Origin: Longimicrobiales bacterium | GTDB lineage: Bacteria; Gemmatimonadota; Gemmatimonadetes; Longimicrobiales; Gaopeijiaceae | Reading direction: 5' to 3' | Assembly: GCA_965226375.1 (NCBI GenBank) | Contig: CBDDCX010000008.1 | Span: 1,120,001 to 1,184,000 of the forward strand | DNA: 64,000 nucleotides | Shown here: positions 51,851 to 61,197 of the stretch, one piece after another | Numbering within the stretch: the first letter of the stretch is position 1 | Layout of the letters: every line of letters begins with the position of its first letter | Position numbers and translations under genes: made by a program | The notes under the pieces: model-generated | What the model saw: the letters and a program-made list of their open reading frames with translations, nothing else | Database searches by the model: none | What the model was told of the DNA's origin: nothing

Positions 51851-53571
51851 CGAATATCTCCCCAAGGATCCCAGCGCATGTAGAGAGGCACTGTGACTAT
51901 GAGATGGCTGCGGGCCCTCAGGGGCCGCTCGGACGGTGCACCATCCGGCTGGAGGCTAGCCACCACCCAGACGTCACCGATGTTGTTGCGATCGCCGATC
52001 CGTTCGGGGTTGGGACCGTCGACGGCCGGCGTGAACAGCCCATCCTGGTCGATCGTGCCGACGTACTCGATGTCATGGTCCACAAAAGTGGCGGAGTACT
52101 CCTCGATGGACCACGTGGCATCGACCACGCCGAGGTCGACGTCGTCATCGGTGTTCGTCTTCCCGTCCGGCCCGTCGTGGTATGCCCGTGCCTCGAACTG
52201 TACGTAACCCTTCGGCATGGCCACACCGCCGACGCGCGCCATACCCCATTCGGGACTTACTCGGATCGAGTTGATTTCGTCATAGACGACGCCAGCCTCG
52301 GGAAGGCGGGCGCCGGCCACATAGATGTCCCGAGGCCCCACTAAAGCGTCGGCGTCGACATCCACGCGGAGGGTCGTCACACCCTCATTGGCAGACACGA
52401 CCTGACGCACGGTGATGCCGGGTCCGAGGTCGACCGCATCCTGGGCAAGAACTTCGGGAAGGTTGGCACCGAAGATCGTCACGGTCTGGTCGCGGGTGCC
52501 GATCTTCAGCGCCCGGGGCTCCATGCCGGCCACGACCGGATCCCTTCTCACCCGCTGGAAACGCACATCGAACCCGAACTCATCGTAGTCGCCGGCGAAC
52601 CAGCGCCCGGAGATTTCTTCCCAATCACGTTCGACGATCAGCACTTCGCGGAGAGGATCGAGTCCCGTATCGAGCGTAGAACGGCCCCGCCACTGGTAGC
52701 CCGTGTACACCGTGGTGCTACCCTGCCGGGTAACCGTGCGGCCCGAGCGGGCATAGGCGAGGGTGGTCGTGGTCGTGAACTGGTCATCCGAACCCGGCAC
52801 GGCTTCGATCACCGCGGTGCCGAAGAGGCGGCCATACCCGGTCTGGGTGGCCGAGACCACCCACGTCCCAGCGAGACGCGCGGGCCGCATGGTGGCCGAC
52901 CAATCCGTCCACTCGGGGGTCTCGAGCGGGAACACCTCGGAGAGGTGAGCTACGGCCTTATCCATCGGGTGACGAGTGTCGTCCGGCGCGCGCGGGCTGC
53001 CCGGTGGCGGGCCCCTATAGAGCAATCCGGTGCCCTGACTCTCCGAGACAGGATAGAGGCCCCGGTGCGTGGCCATGAGCAGGTCCCACTCCTCTTTGGT
53101 CCGGCGCTGGGTGATCACCCGTCCCATCGAGTGACACTGCGAGCACGTCGCTTCGACACCACTGTCGGCCTCGTAGTCGTAGTCGATCATCCGGCGTTCG
53201 ACCTCGAAGTTACCGGGGCGCAGCTCTTCCGGGGCAAGACCATGGTTGTTGGACAGGTATCGTACGATCTCGCGTGCCGCCGCCGGATCTACATTGACTT
53301 CGTTCAGTGCGATCATCCTGCGAAGCGAACTCTGCCACCCTTCCGGCGTCTTCCGCAGGTAGGAAAGTCGGGTCATCCGTCCCGAGTCGTCTCGCGTATG
53401 GCACGCGGAACAGTTCTGGATGACTGCCGGGTTGTCGATGGGAATCCCGGCGGCCTCTCGGTCCGAGTCGGACGCGGACTGCCCCGGACCGGCGGCGGGA
53501 ACCGGGACAAGAGCCAACCCGCCGACGAGCGCCAGAGTGGCGGAAATTCGTGTGCCTGCGAGTTCCTTCAT
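51847..53571 (-). CDS. qhpA: Quinohemoprotein amine dehydrogenase alpha subunit (di-heme c); start approximate
   Basis: CSACH and CSQCH heme motifs, RKTPEGW, ARVGG, GPNPER..NNIG, LIVTV. Confidence 0.92.
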   Translation of the reverse strand: MKELAGTRISATLALVGGLALVPVPAAGPGQSASDSDREAAGIPIDNPAVIQNCSACHTRDDSGRMTRLSYLRKTPEGWQSSLRRMIALNEVNVDPAAAREIVRYLSNNHGLAPEELRPGNFEVERRMIDYDYEADSGVEATCSQCHSMGRVITQRRTKEEWDLLMATHRGLYPVSESQGTGLLYRGPPPGSPRAPDDTRHPMDKAVAHLSEVFPLETPEWTDWSATMRPARLAGTWVVSATQTGYGRLFGTAVIEAVPGSDDQFTTTTTLAYARSGRTVTRQGSTTVYTGYQWRGRSTLDTGLDPLREVLIVERDWEEISGRWFAGDYDEFGFDVRFQRVRRDPVVAGMEPRALKIGTRDQTVTIFGANLPEVLAQDAVDLGPGITVRQVVSANEGVTTLRVDVDADALVGPRDIYVAGARLPEAGVVYDEINSIRVSPEWGMARVGGVAMPKGYVQFEARAYHDGPDGKTNTDDDVDLGVVDATWSIEEYSATFVDHDIEYVGTIDQDGLFTPAVDGPNPERIGDRNNIGDVWVVASLQPDGAPSERPLRARSHLIVTVPLYMRWDPWGDIR

Positions 53572-53678
53572 ACCAAGCCCTATCCGTTGGCGGCCCACAC
53601 GTCTGGGAATCCCCTATGATCTCGTCCACAGAATACGAGGGAGACGCAGGTCAGGCGAGGGTTACGTGGATGGGGAGG

Positions 53679-55208
53679 TCAGTCACGATCGGCACGGTTG
53701 ACCAGGATACCCCGCGACAGCAACACCGAGAGGGCACCGATGAAGTCGGGGAGAATGACGGCCTTGTCGAGCCGACAATAGGCTTCGAACAGATCCGGCA
53801 CCTGCGAATACTCTCCGGCAATTTCCAGGACTCGCCGCACGTCGACCCCCCTCAGGTATCGAAGGCCTGAAGGTGCGGAGGGTGAGGCGAGCCGCTGCTC
53901 GAGGACCACTTCGTTGCCGACGATGACCGGACGATCCACGACCGTCAGGTCATCACCTTCCACAAGGTTGATCGCTGAGCTCCTGCGCAGTGCGTCGAAG
54001 GCGGCAAGAACCGACGGGTCGTTACGGAGTTGTTCGATATCAGGCTCTCCGTCCTCGTCGAACGCATCCGGACCTTCCTGCTCCTGTCCTCTCCGGTCCC
54101 AGAAGGCGTGCCGGTGATCCTGGCCGGCGGCTCGAAACACCTCGGCAGACTGATCCTTATAGCTGGAGTAGACGCGACGCTCACGGCCCTCGTGTAGTTC
54201 CACGGCGGCCGCTTCCATATCGGGCTTCTCCAGCACCGTGTGCACCACAACCGCTGCCCGCCATGCGGAGGCGAGCGCCTTCTTCACACCGAACGACGAG
54301 ACCGGATCCAAGGCCGTGGCCGCATCCCCCACCAGGAGGATGCGTCCCTCAGCGTATCGAGAAGCGGAGTACATGGATGCGCTACACGCCCATGCGTCTC
54401 CCTCCATGCTCGCCCCTTCGAGAATGGCCACCATCCGCTCAGCCTTGGTCAACTCGGACCGATAGATGGACCCTAGCTCTTTGCTGCGTTCCATCTCCGT
54501 CACCCTGGGGTCGACCATGACCGTGAAGTAACGGACCTGATCATCGACGGGAACGGACCATGCCCAGCCGTCGGCAAAGCTCTCGACAAGCGTGTGGGTT
54601 TGGTCTGGAATAGGCCAACCCTCTGCCCGGCGCCACACTCCTACCAAGGCCAGGGTGGCTTGGCCTTCCGTCTGCCGCCGATAGTTGCGTGCGACGACCC
54701 CTGAGCGGCCAGAGCAATCGAGCACCCAGCCCGCCCGGACGACCTGAGTCGAGCCCGCGGCTGTCGCACCCCCAATCGTATAAGCGATTCGGTGAACGTC
54801 ACCGTCGAGTTCCACATCCCTGACGGTGGCGTCGCCCTCTACCCGAGCTCCGGCCTGGGCGACCAAAGCGAGAAGAACTCGGTCGAGGTCGGACCGCAGA
54901 ATTTGGAACCCGGTCTCCCCTTCGGGAAACGCCTCCACCCGCCCCTCAGACTGGCCCCACCATACCGTGTGCCCCGTGCTCCGAACGAAGCCTGCGGCTT
55001 CCACGGCCTGCAGAGCACCCACCCTATCGAGAATCTTGCGAGTGCTCGGTGGAAGGGACTCCCCCAGTAAGGAGGACTGCGATCCGGGCCGAGTGAGGAC
55101 GATGACGGAGTGTCCCCACTGGGCGAGAAGGCGTGCCGCTGCCGACCCCGCCGGGCCACCACCAATTACGGCGACGTCTACGTCGAGAGTCGGTGGATGC
55201 CCTTTCAC
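53679..55208 (-). CDS. qhpG: FAD-dependent monooxygenase, QhpG-like
   Basis: VIGGGPAG, GESLPP, DCSGR, GWAW, VGDAATALDPVSSFGV; immediately upstream of qhpA. Confidence 0.8.
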   Translation of the reverse strand: MKGHPPTLDVDVAVIGGGPAGSAAARLLAQWGHSVIVLTRPGSQSSLLGESLPPSTRKILDRVGALQAVEAAGFVRSTGHTVWWGQSEGRVEAFPEGETGFQILRSDLDRVLLALVAQAGARVEGDATVRDVELDGDVHRIAYTIGGATAAGSTQVVRAGWVLDCSGRSGVVARNYRRQTEGQATLALVGVWRRAEGWPIPDQTHTLVESFADGWAWSVPVDDQVRYFTVMVDPRVTEMERSKELGSIYRSELTKAERMVAILEGASMEGDAWACSASMYSASRYAEGRILLVGDAATALDPVSSFGVKKALASAWRAAVVVHTVLEKPDMEAAAVELHEGRERRVYSSYKDQSAEVFRAAGQDHRHAFWDRRGQEQEGPDAFDEDGEPDIEQLRNDPSVLAAFDALRRSSAINLVEGDDLTVVDRPVIVGNEVVLEQRLASPSAPSGLRYLRGVDVRRVLEIAGEYSQVPDLFEAYCRLDKAVILPDFIGALSVLLSRGILVNRADRD

Positions 55209-55565
55209 TCGCTGCTCCGATTACCTCTCGATGCCACGTTGGACCAGTCGACGCCAGGCCATGCTGTCAGCTCCAAGAGGGTGATAACGCTGTACGACGG
55301 GAGGCGAACCGAATCGCCGATCACCTCTGTTGTGGGAAGGGCGGGACAAGGCTCGCCATGAGTCTAGTGAAACGACCAGAAGGGAGGCAACAACGGGCGG
55401 CACACTCCCCATAAAAGGTCGAGACCGTCCCCAGTGGCACTGGGAAGTTTGTTGCGCTGACGGGGGTGCGCCACCGATGATGGGACGGATACGGCAGTAG
55501 AAATGGGAGTTAAAGAGCCTCGCTTCGGGTAAGCCGGTGGGCCCCTCACAGATACCTGAAATCAG

Positions 55566-55667
55566 ATGACCGCATTTGAGTTCCTATCGGTCGCGCTGTC
55601 CTTCGTTCTGGGCTTGGCGGTCACAAGGAGCGGGTTGGGAGTTGACCCTTATCGCACAATGGCCTGA
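55566..55667 (+). pseudogene. 33-aa 5' remnant of a membrane protein gene
   Basis: MTAFEFLSVALSFVLGLAVTR then stop, overlapping the next gene. Confidence 0.4.
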
Positions 55668-56577
55668 ACTCGGTTACGACCGGTGGAGCGAGACCTTGGA
55701 AACGCTCCATATGTGGAGCCAGATCGTCGGCAAGGTCCGCCTGGAATGCACGCCGTGGACGAACCACTCGTGGCACGTCCCTCTCTACGTTACTCCGAGC
55801 GGGCTGACGACTTCGACGATTCACCATGGAGCCGGTCAGTTCGACATTGAGTTCGATTTCAGCCAGCACGACTTGACTGTCCGGACCGGCGATGGACAAC
55901 GCCGGACCTTGGCACTCCGTCCTCGGACGGTGGCTTCCTTCTATGAGGCACTGCCAAGGTACCTCGATGAGCTGGGATTCCCCGTACGAATCTACGAAGT
56001 ACCCAGCGAGGTCATTGATCCGATCCGGTTCTCGGAAGACACAGTCCATGGCGCCTACGATCCAGCGGCGGCTGCTCGTTTTGCTCAAGTTCTGAATCAA
56101 GCAGTCCGAGTCTTCACGGAGTTCCGTGCGCAGTTTCTCGGCAAGTGCAGCCCGGTTCACTTCTTCTGGGGCAGCTTCGATCTCGCGGTAACCCGTTTTT
56201 CGGGGCGGAAGGCACCGGACCATCCGGGTGGCGTTCCCGGGCTGCCGGATTGGGTGACCCGGGAGGCGTACTCACACGAGGTGTACAGCTGCGGCTTCTG
56301 GCCTGGCGGGCCATCGAGTCCCTCAGCCGCCTTCTACGCATACGCCTACCCGGTCCCCGACGGCCTGAGCGAAGCTTCCATCGCACCCCCGCAAGCGTTC
56401 TGGAGTGGCGAGATGGGTGAGTTCTTCCTCCCGTACGAAGCGGTGCGGACGGCCGATGACCCCGCCGATGTGCTGATGAGCTTTCTCCAAGACACCTACC
56501 AGGCCGTCGCCGATTTAGGAAATTGGAATCGCGGGGAACTCGAGGTTGCCGATGGATTTCCTCATGCGAAGACTTGA
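55642..56577 (+). CDS. DUF5996 family protein; start approximate
   Basis: WPEL..TLHMWSQIVGKVRL, NHSWHVPLY, SPVHFFWGSFDLAVTRFSGR, EAYSHE..GFWPG. Confidence 0.85.
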   Translation: MTLIAQWPELGYDRWSETLETLHMWSQIVGKVRLECTPWTNHSWHVPLYVTPSGLTTSTIHHGAGQFDIEFDFSQHDLTVRTGDGQRRTLALRPRTVASFYEALPRYLDELGFPVRIYEVPSEVIDPIRFSEDTVHGAYDPAAAARFAQVLNQAVRVFTEFRAQFLGKCSPVHFFWGSFDLAVTRFSGRKAPDHPGGVPGLPDWVTREAYSHEVYSCGFWPGGPSSPSAAFYAYAYPVPDGLSEASIAPPQAFWSGEMGEFFLPYEAVRTADDPADVLMSFLQDTYQAVADLGNWNRGELEVADGFPHAKT

Positions 56578-56759
56578 TCAAGCCAGCCGAGGTGCACGGC
56601 GATCCGTGGGCAACCGTTAGATCGGTTTCGCAGCCACGCGCTTGGCCGAAACTGTGGCGCCTCCAAGCTCGCGCGTCGCTGCGGCAGCCACCAGATTGAG
56701 GAATGCAGGTGCCGGGCGCGTATCAGGTTGTGACCCTCACACCCACTGTCCCCGAGTAA

Positions 56760-57554
56760 ATGGCTGACGAACGCAAGTACCAGGACGACGAGGTCAAGGA
56801 GATCTTCGACCTCGCAATCGGCGAGGACCCTATCGGGCGCCCCCCCACATCCGATGAGGCTGGGTTATCGCTTTCGGAACTCCAGGAAGTCGGACTCGAA
56901 GTCGGCATGGAGCCTGAGCGAATCGCGGAAGCGGCCTTGGCTGTCGACAGCAGGCGGGGCATTCTGCCGAGCCGAAGGTACTTGGGCATGCCCATTTCCG
57001 TGGGCCGAGTCGTCGAGTTGCCTGGGCCCGTGACCGATCAGGAATGGCAGTTGCTGGTCGCGGAGTTTCGAGAGGTATTCGGCGCGAGAGGCCGAATTGC
57101 GTCCCACGGAGGTGTTCGCGAGTGGACCAACGGTAACCTGCATGCACTAGTGGAGCCGACTGCGACCGGCCATCGCTTGCGGCTGGGCACGCTCAAGGGA
57201 GGTGCCAAGGCCTTGATGACGATGGGAGTCGCCGGTCTTGCGAGCGGGCTGACCCTACTCACGGTGTTCCTGACCACGGGCGTATCGGCCGTGAACATGG
57301 AAGTCGCCATGATGATGTTAGTGGGTGCGGGTGGAGCGGCTTTGACCTCGAATGTACTTAGTCTCCCCCGCTGGGCTCGTGCGCGAAAGGGGCAAATGGA
57401 ATACATCGCCGGTCGCGTTGGCGCGTTGGTTGGAGCGCCCCCGCACGTCGGTGTAAAACCGGCGTGCGCGGCCCTCGAGGTCTCCCGATCGGAGGAGTCT
57501 AACCTAGAGAAGAACAGCAGTTACTCCGCACCCGAGTCAGGAAGCATCGAATGA
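56760..57554 (+). CDS. Hypothetical membrane protein (two C-terminal TM helices) containing an IS3-derived insert
   Basis: GLSLSELQEVGLEVGM motif, two hydrophobic helices, ATGA overlap with the next gene. Confidence 0.7.
   Translation: MADERKYQDDEVKEIFDLAIGEDPIGRPPTSDEAGLSLSELQEVGLEVGMEPERIAEAALAVDSRRGILPSRRYLGMPISVGRVVELPGPVTDQEWQLLVAEFREVFGARGRIASHGGVREWTNGNLHALVEPTATGHRLRLGTLKGGAKALMTMGVAGLASGLTLLTVFLTTGVSAVNMEVAMMMLVGAGGAALTSNVLSLPRWARARKGQMEYIAGRVGALVGAPPHVGVKPACAALEVSRSEESNLEKNSSYSAPESGSIE
57443..57491 (+). repeat. 49-bp exact copy of IS3 orfB internal sequence
   Basis: Identical to 10076-10124 and to the same stretch of IS3 copy 2. Confidence 0.9.
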
Positions 57555-58717
57555 CGACAACGCGACGTGACTTCATCGCACGTTCGGCAGCCGCCTACGG
57601 CGCGCTCACGCTGGGCCTTCCCGATGCGGTGCTCGGCGGGGCTCTACACCCGGTCAAAGGGCCGAGTCAGACCCCCCTCCGCATTCTCTTCATCGGGGGT
57701 ACGGGCTTCATCGGTCCCCACATGGTGGAGGCGGCCATGGCGGCCGGACACACGCCGACTTTGTTCAACCGAGGACGCACCAATCCGCACCTCTTCCCGG
57801 ACGTCGAGAAGCTCAAGGGAGATCGGGACGGTGGGTTGGGCGTCCTCGAGGGCCGCGAGTGGGATGCCGTTATCGATACCTCGGGCTACGTGCCCCGGCT
57901 GGTCCGGGACTCCGCAGAGCTCCTGAAGGACGTCGTGGACCAATACCTCTACATATCGACCACAGACGCCTACCGGACCTATAACATCGTCGACATGGAC
58001 GAGGACGATCCGATGGCCGTCCTCGAGGATCCGTCGACCGAGGACGTGGGCTCATTCTACGGGCCTCTCAAGGCCCAATGTGAGCAATGTGAGCGGGAGG
58101 TACTGGAGGTCTATCCGGATCGCACGACGATCGTACGTCCTACGTGGATCGTCGGCCCCGGAGATCGCTCGACCCATTTCTCGTATTGGTTGCAACGCAT
58201 CAACGGCGGCGGCGAGGTCCTGGCTCCCGGCGACCCAACCGATCCAGTCCAGATCATCGACGCGAGGGACCTGGCCGACTTCGTCGTCCACCTTCTCAAC
58301 GAGAGGACGTTCGGCACATACAACGCCGTCGGGCCCGAGGCCGAGCTTTCCATCGCCGAGTTCCTATACGGGATCCGTGCCGTGACGACCGCCCCGACAC
58401 GCTTCACTTGGGTCGACGCCGACTTCTTGAAGGAAAACGAGGTCCACGCGTGGAGAGATCTCCCACTCTGGTGGCCTCCTCGTGACGACTATCCGCCCAC
58501 CCCGGGAATGAGCATCGGAGGTGGTACCGGGTTCGGACTCATCAGCCGTGAGCGGTCGGTCGCCGCCGGACTCAGGTTCCGGCCCCTGGCCGTCACCGCC
58601 AAGGAGACGCTGGACTGGTTCATGACGTGGGCTGACGAGTGGGAAACACGGCAGCGCTCGGGTCTGACGTTGGGGCGCGAGGCGGAGATCCTGGCTGCCT
58701 GGCACGCGAGGGGCTAG
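57551..58717 (+). CDS. NAD-dependent epimerase/dehydratase (atypical SDR) with Tat-like signal
   Basis: TRRDFI, GGTGFIG, YGPLK, RPTWIVGPGD. Confidence 0.88.
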   Translation: MTTTRRDFIARSAAAYGALTLGLPDAVLGGALHPVKGPSQTPLRILFIGGTGFIGPHMVEAAMAAGHTPTLFNRGRTNPHLFPDVEKLKGDRDGGLGVLEGREWDAVIDTSGYVPRLVRDSAELLKDVVDQYLYISTTDAYRTYNIVDMDEDDPMAVLEDPSTEDVGSFYGPLKAQCEQCEREVLEVYPDRTTIVRPTWIVGPGDRSTHFSYWLQRINGGGEVLAPGDPTDPVQIIDARDLADFVVHLLNERTFGTYNAVGPEAELSIAEFLYGIRAVTTAPTRFTWVDADFLKENEVHAWRDLPLWWPPRDDYPPTPGMSIGGGTGFGLISRERSVAAGLRFRPLAVTAKETLDWFMTWADEWETRQRSGLTLGREAEILAAWHARG

Positions 58718-60051
58718 CGGATTCGCCAACCGTTCACGGGCCCGCCGTGGAAGAACTTTTCGGGCGTCATGACGCCGCCCTGCTTGAACACCACGCCGTC
58801 CTTCATGACGAACTGAACGTCGCGTAGCGCGTTGATGTCCTCCAGTGGATTACCCGACACGGCGATCAGGTCGGCGGCCAATCCGGTCCGGATCGGGCCG
58901 CGCTCGTCTTCCGTCTCGCTGACTCGGTAGCCATTGACGGTCATCGCCCGCAGGATGTCCACGTTCGGGATCCCGGCGTCTTGCCAGGTCAGAATGAACT
59001 CGATCGCAACTTCACCCCGGGTCATCCCCGGAACGTAGTAGTCGGCGTCGGTCGAGTACGTGAGAGGCACACCGTTTTCATAAGCGTTCTTGAGCCCGGC
59101 GAGCGTCCGCTCGTAGCGCCCTTCCGAGGTGTGCCCCACGAGAGTGATCGGAGTCTCCGTACCGGCGCGGAAGATCCCCTTCTCCGCCATGCGTTTGTGC
59201 ATCTCATCGTTCAAGCCGCTGTCGTGGGCGATGGACCAGATGCCGGCTTCGATGGCGCGGTCCGCTCCCCGCTCGGTCTGCACGTGACCCTCCACCTTGA
59301 GACCGATCTGCGCAGCCTCGTCGATGAAGAGCCGGATCTCGTCGACCGAGTAGCCCCACGGCTTGCAGTCCACGCAGATCTTGATGACGGTGGCGCCGAA
59401 GAGGGCGTTCTGCCGGACCGCCTTGATGATCTCGTCCCTGGTATCGGCGTCCAGGTACTCGGGATAGACGATGTTCCTGTCGATCGCCATCTCGGGCGGG
59501 GGTGAGAACTGCCCCCCCATGCCTCCGATGATGATGCCGGAGTTGATGATCATGGGCCCCGGAATCCACCCCTGCTCGATGGCCTGACGAAGCGCGGTGT
59601 CGGCGTAATTCCCGTTGTTGCCCATGTCGCGAACAATCGTGAACCCAGCCGAGAGCATCTGCATGCCGTTCGAGGCCGCCTGAATCGCGCGTAGGGCCGT
59701 GCTCTCCATGACATAGGTGAGGTAGTAGATGTTGCTCTCGGGATCTTCCTTGTAGGTGAGCGCGAGGTGGTTGTGCGCGTCCACCAAACCGGGAACGATC
59801 GTGAGCTCCGACAGGTCGATGACCTCGGCCCCGGAGGGGATCGTCACGTCCGCCCCGATGGCCTGGAACGTGCCACCCTCCACCAGGATGATCTGGTCAG
59901 TGGCGATCGTGCCCGCTTCGGGATCCACGAGACGACCCGCCCGAATCGCGGTCACCTGTGCTGCTGCCGTAGATGCTGAAACGGTGGACGCCGCGACCAG
60001 CAGCAATCCCGCAACGAACAGCTTATGCGTGGCCTTCACTACGATCGTCAT
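58714..60051 (-). CDS. Secreted amidohydrolase family protein
   Basis: Signal peptide, PGLVDAHNH, GFTIVRDMG, GLAADLIAVSGNPLEDI; GGGAG RBS before ATG 60051. Confidence 0.88.
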   Translation of the reverse strand: MTIVVKATHKLFVAGLLLVAASTVSASTAAAQVTAIRAGRLVDPEAGTIATDQIILVEGGTFQAIGADVTIPSGAEVIDLSELTIVPGLVDAHNHLALTYKEDPESNIYYLTYVMESTALRAIQAASNGMQMLSAGFTIVRDMGNNGNYADTALRQAIEQGWIPGPMIINSGIIIGGMGGQFSPPPEMAIDRNIVYPEYLDADTRDEIIKAVRQNALFGATVIKICVDCKPWGYSVDEIRLFIDEAAQIGLKVEGHVQTERGADRAIEAGIWSIAHDSGLNDEMHKRMAEKGIFRAGTETPITLVGHTSEGRYERTLAGLKNAYENGVPLTYSTDADYYVPGMTRGEVAIEFILTWQDAGIPNVDILRAMTVNGYRVSETEDERGPIRTGLAADLIAVSGNPLEDINALRDVQFVMKDGVVFKQGGVMTPEKFFHGGPVNGWRIR

Positions 60052-60078
60052 CTCTCGACTCCCGCCGTTTTTTGTGCG

Positions 60079-61145
60079 AATGGGGTATTGCCTTAAGTCC
60101 ACCGCCCACTACATGTTGTGGTCATGGCGGTTCCGGCTTCTCAGCTCCGTGGCGGCGTGGACTATCCCCGTACGCGGCTGGAGTTGGACGAGTTCTTCCC
60201 CGACGATGCGGCATGCCTGGAGTACGTGGAGGGTCTGCGCTGGCCGGAAGGGTTTGTGTGCGTGGGCTGTGGCGGGTTGGGAGAGGTCTGGCGAGCATCG
60301 CGGGGGCGTCTCGTCTGCCCACACTGTCGAAGGCAGACCTCGGTGCTGGCGGGAACCGTGTTCCACCGCACGCGCTCGCCCCTGCGTCTGTGGTTTCTCG
60401 CTGCCTGGGAGCTCACGAGCCAGAAATACGGAGCCAATGCTCTCGGGCTCCAGCGCGTGCTCGGACTGGGAAGCTACAAGACAGCGTGGGTCTGGCTCCA
60501 CAAGCTCCGCCGGGCCATGGTCCGACCGGATCGCGACCAGCTGAGCGGCGTTGTGCAAGTGGACGAGAGCTATGTCGGGGGCGTGGAGGCTGGAGTGCGG
60601 GGCCGCGAGACGATCAAGAAGGCCATCGTCGCGATCGCCGCCGAGGTCGACGGACGCAAGATCGGGAGAATACGGCTGCGTTGGGTGCCCGACCTCTCCG
60701 CTCCGGTTCTGCGAGGCTTCGTCAAGGATAGCATCGCACCGGCAAGCACGGTGCATACCGACGGATGGCCAAGCTATCAGGGACTCGCCAAACTGGGCTT
60801 TCGCCACACGGTCACGAACCTCTCGACCTCCGGCGATCCCGCTCACGTGCTCATGTCGGCCGTACATCGGGTGGCGTCTCTCCTCAAGCGCTGGGTCCTC
60901 GGAACCCTCCAAGGAGGGATCGCCCGCGAACACCTCCCCTACTATCTGGACGAGTTCACCTTTCGCTTCAACCGACGCACATCCCGGGCTCGCGGCCTGT
61001 TGTTCTACCGCTTGCTTGAGCAGGCTGTTCAGTGTGCTCCCACGCCAGCTTCGGCCCTTTACCTCGGCACCGGACGTGGGAAACGGCCCGCAGAGCCCCG
61101 GTAACCACTATATCTTGGGGTCGGTGGACTTAAGGGAATACCCCC
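60079..61145 (+). mobile_element. IS1595-family element, copy 2, 8-bp target duplication TTTGTGCG
   Basis: Inverted near-identical copy of 34128-35195; TTTGTGCG at 60071-60078 and 61146-61153. Confidence 0.9.
60118..61104 (+). CDS. IS1595-family transposase
   Basis: Identical 328-aa translation to 34169-35155. Confidence 0.93.
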   Translation: MVMAVPASQLRGGVDYPRTRLELDEFFPDDAACLEYVEGLRWPEGFVCVGCGGLGEVWRASRGRLVCPHCRRQTSVLAGTVFHRTRSPLRLWFLAAWELTSQKYGANALGLQRVLGLGSYKTAWVWLHKLRRAMVRPDRDQLSGVVQVDESYVGGVEAGVRGRETIKKAIVAIAAEVDGRKIGRIRLRWVPDLSAPVLRGFVKDSIAPASTVHTDGWPSYQGLAKLGFRHTVTNLSTSGDPAHVLMSAVHRVASLLKRWVLGTLQGGIAREHLPYYLDEFTFRFNRRTSRARGLLFYRLLEQAVQCAPTPASALYLGTGRGKRPAEPR

Positions 61146-61197
61146 TTTGTGCGAATTGGGCACTCCCATATTAATGCCTCCAGAATGCCGCTAGCGG

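Noticed and set aside
53679..55208. Flavin-dependent tryptophan halogenase of a natural-product cluster
   Set aside because: Position directly upstream of qhpA-D-C-B fits QhpG better, and no NRPS/PKS is present.
56610..57510. Integron cassette boundaries (GTTAGAT near 56616, GTCTAAC near 57497)
   Set aside because: No recognisable attC hairpin with L boxes, no integron integrase, and the second motif lies inside the ORF.
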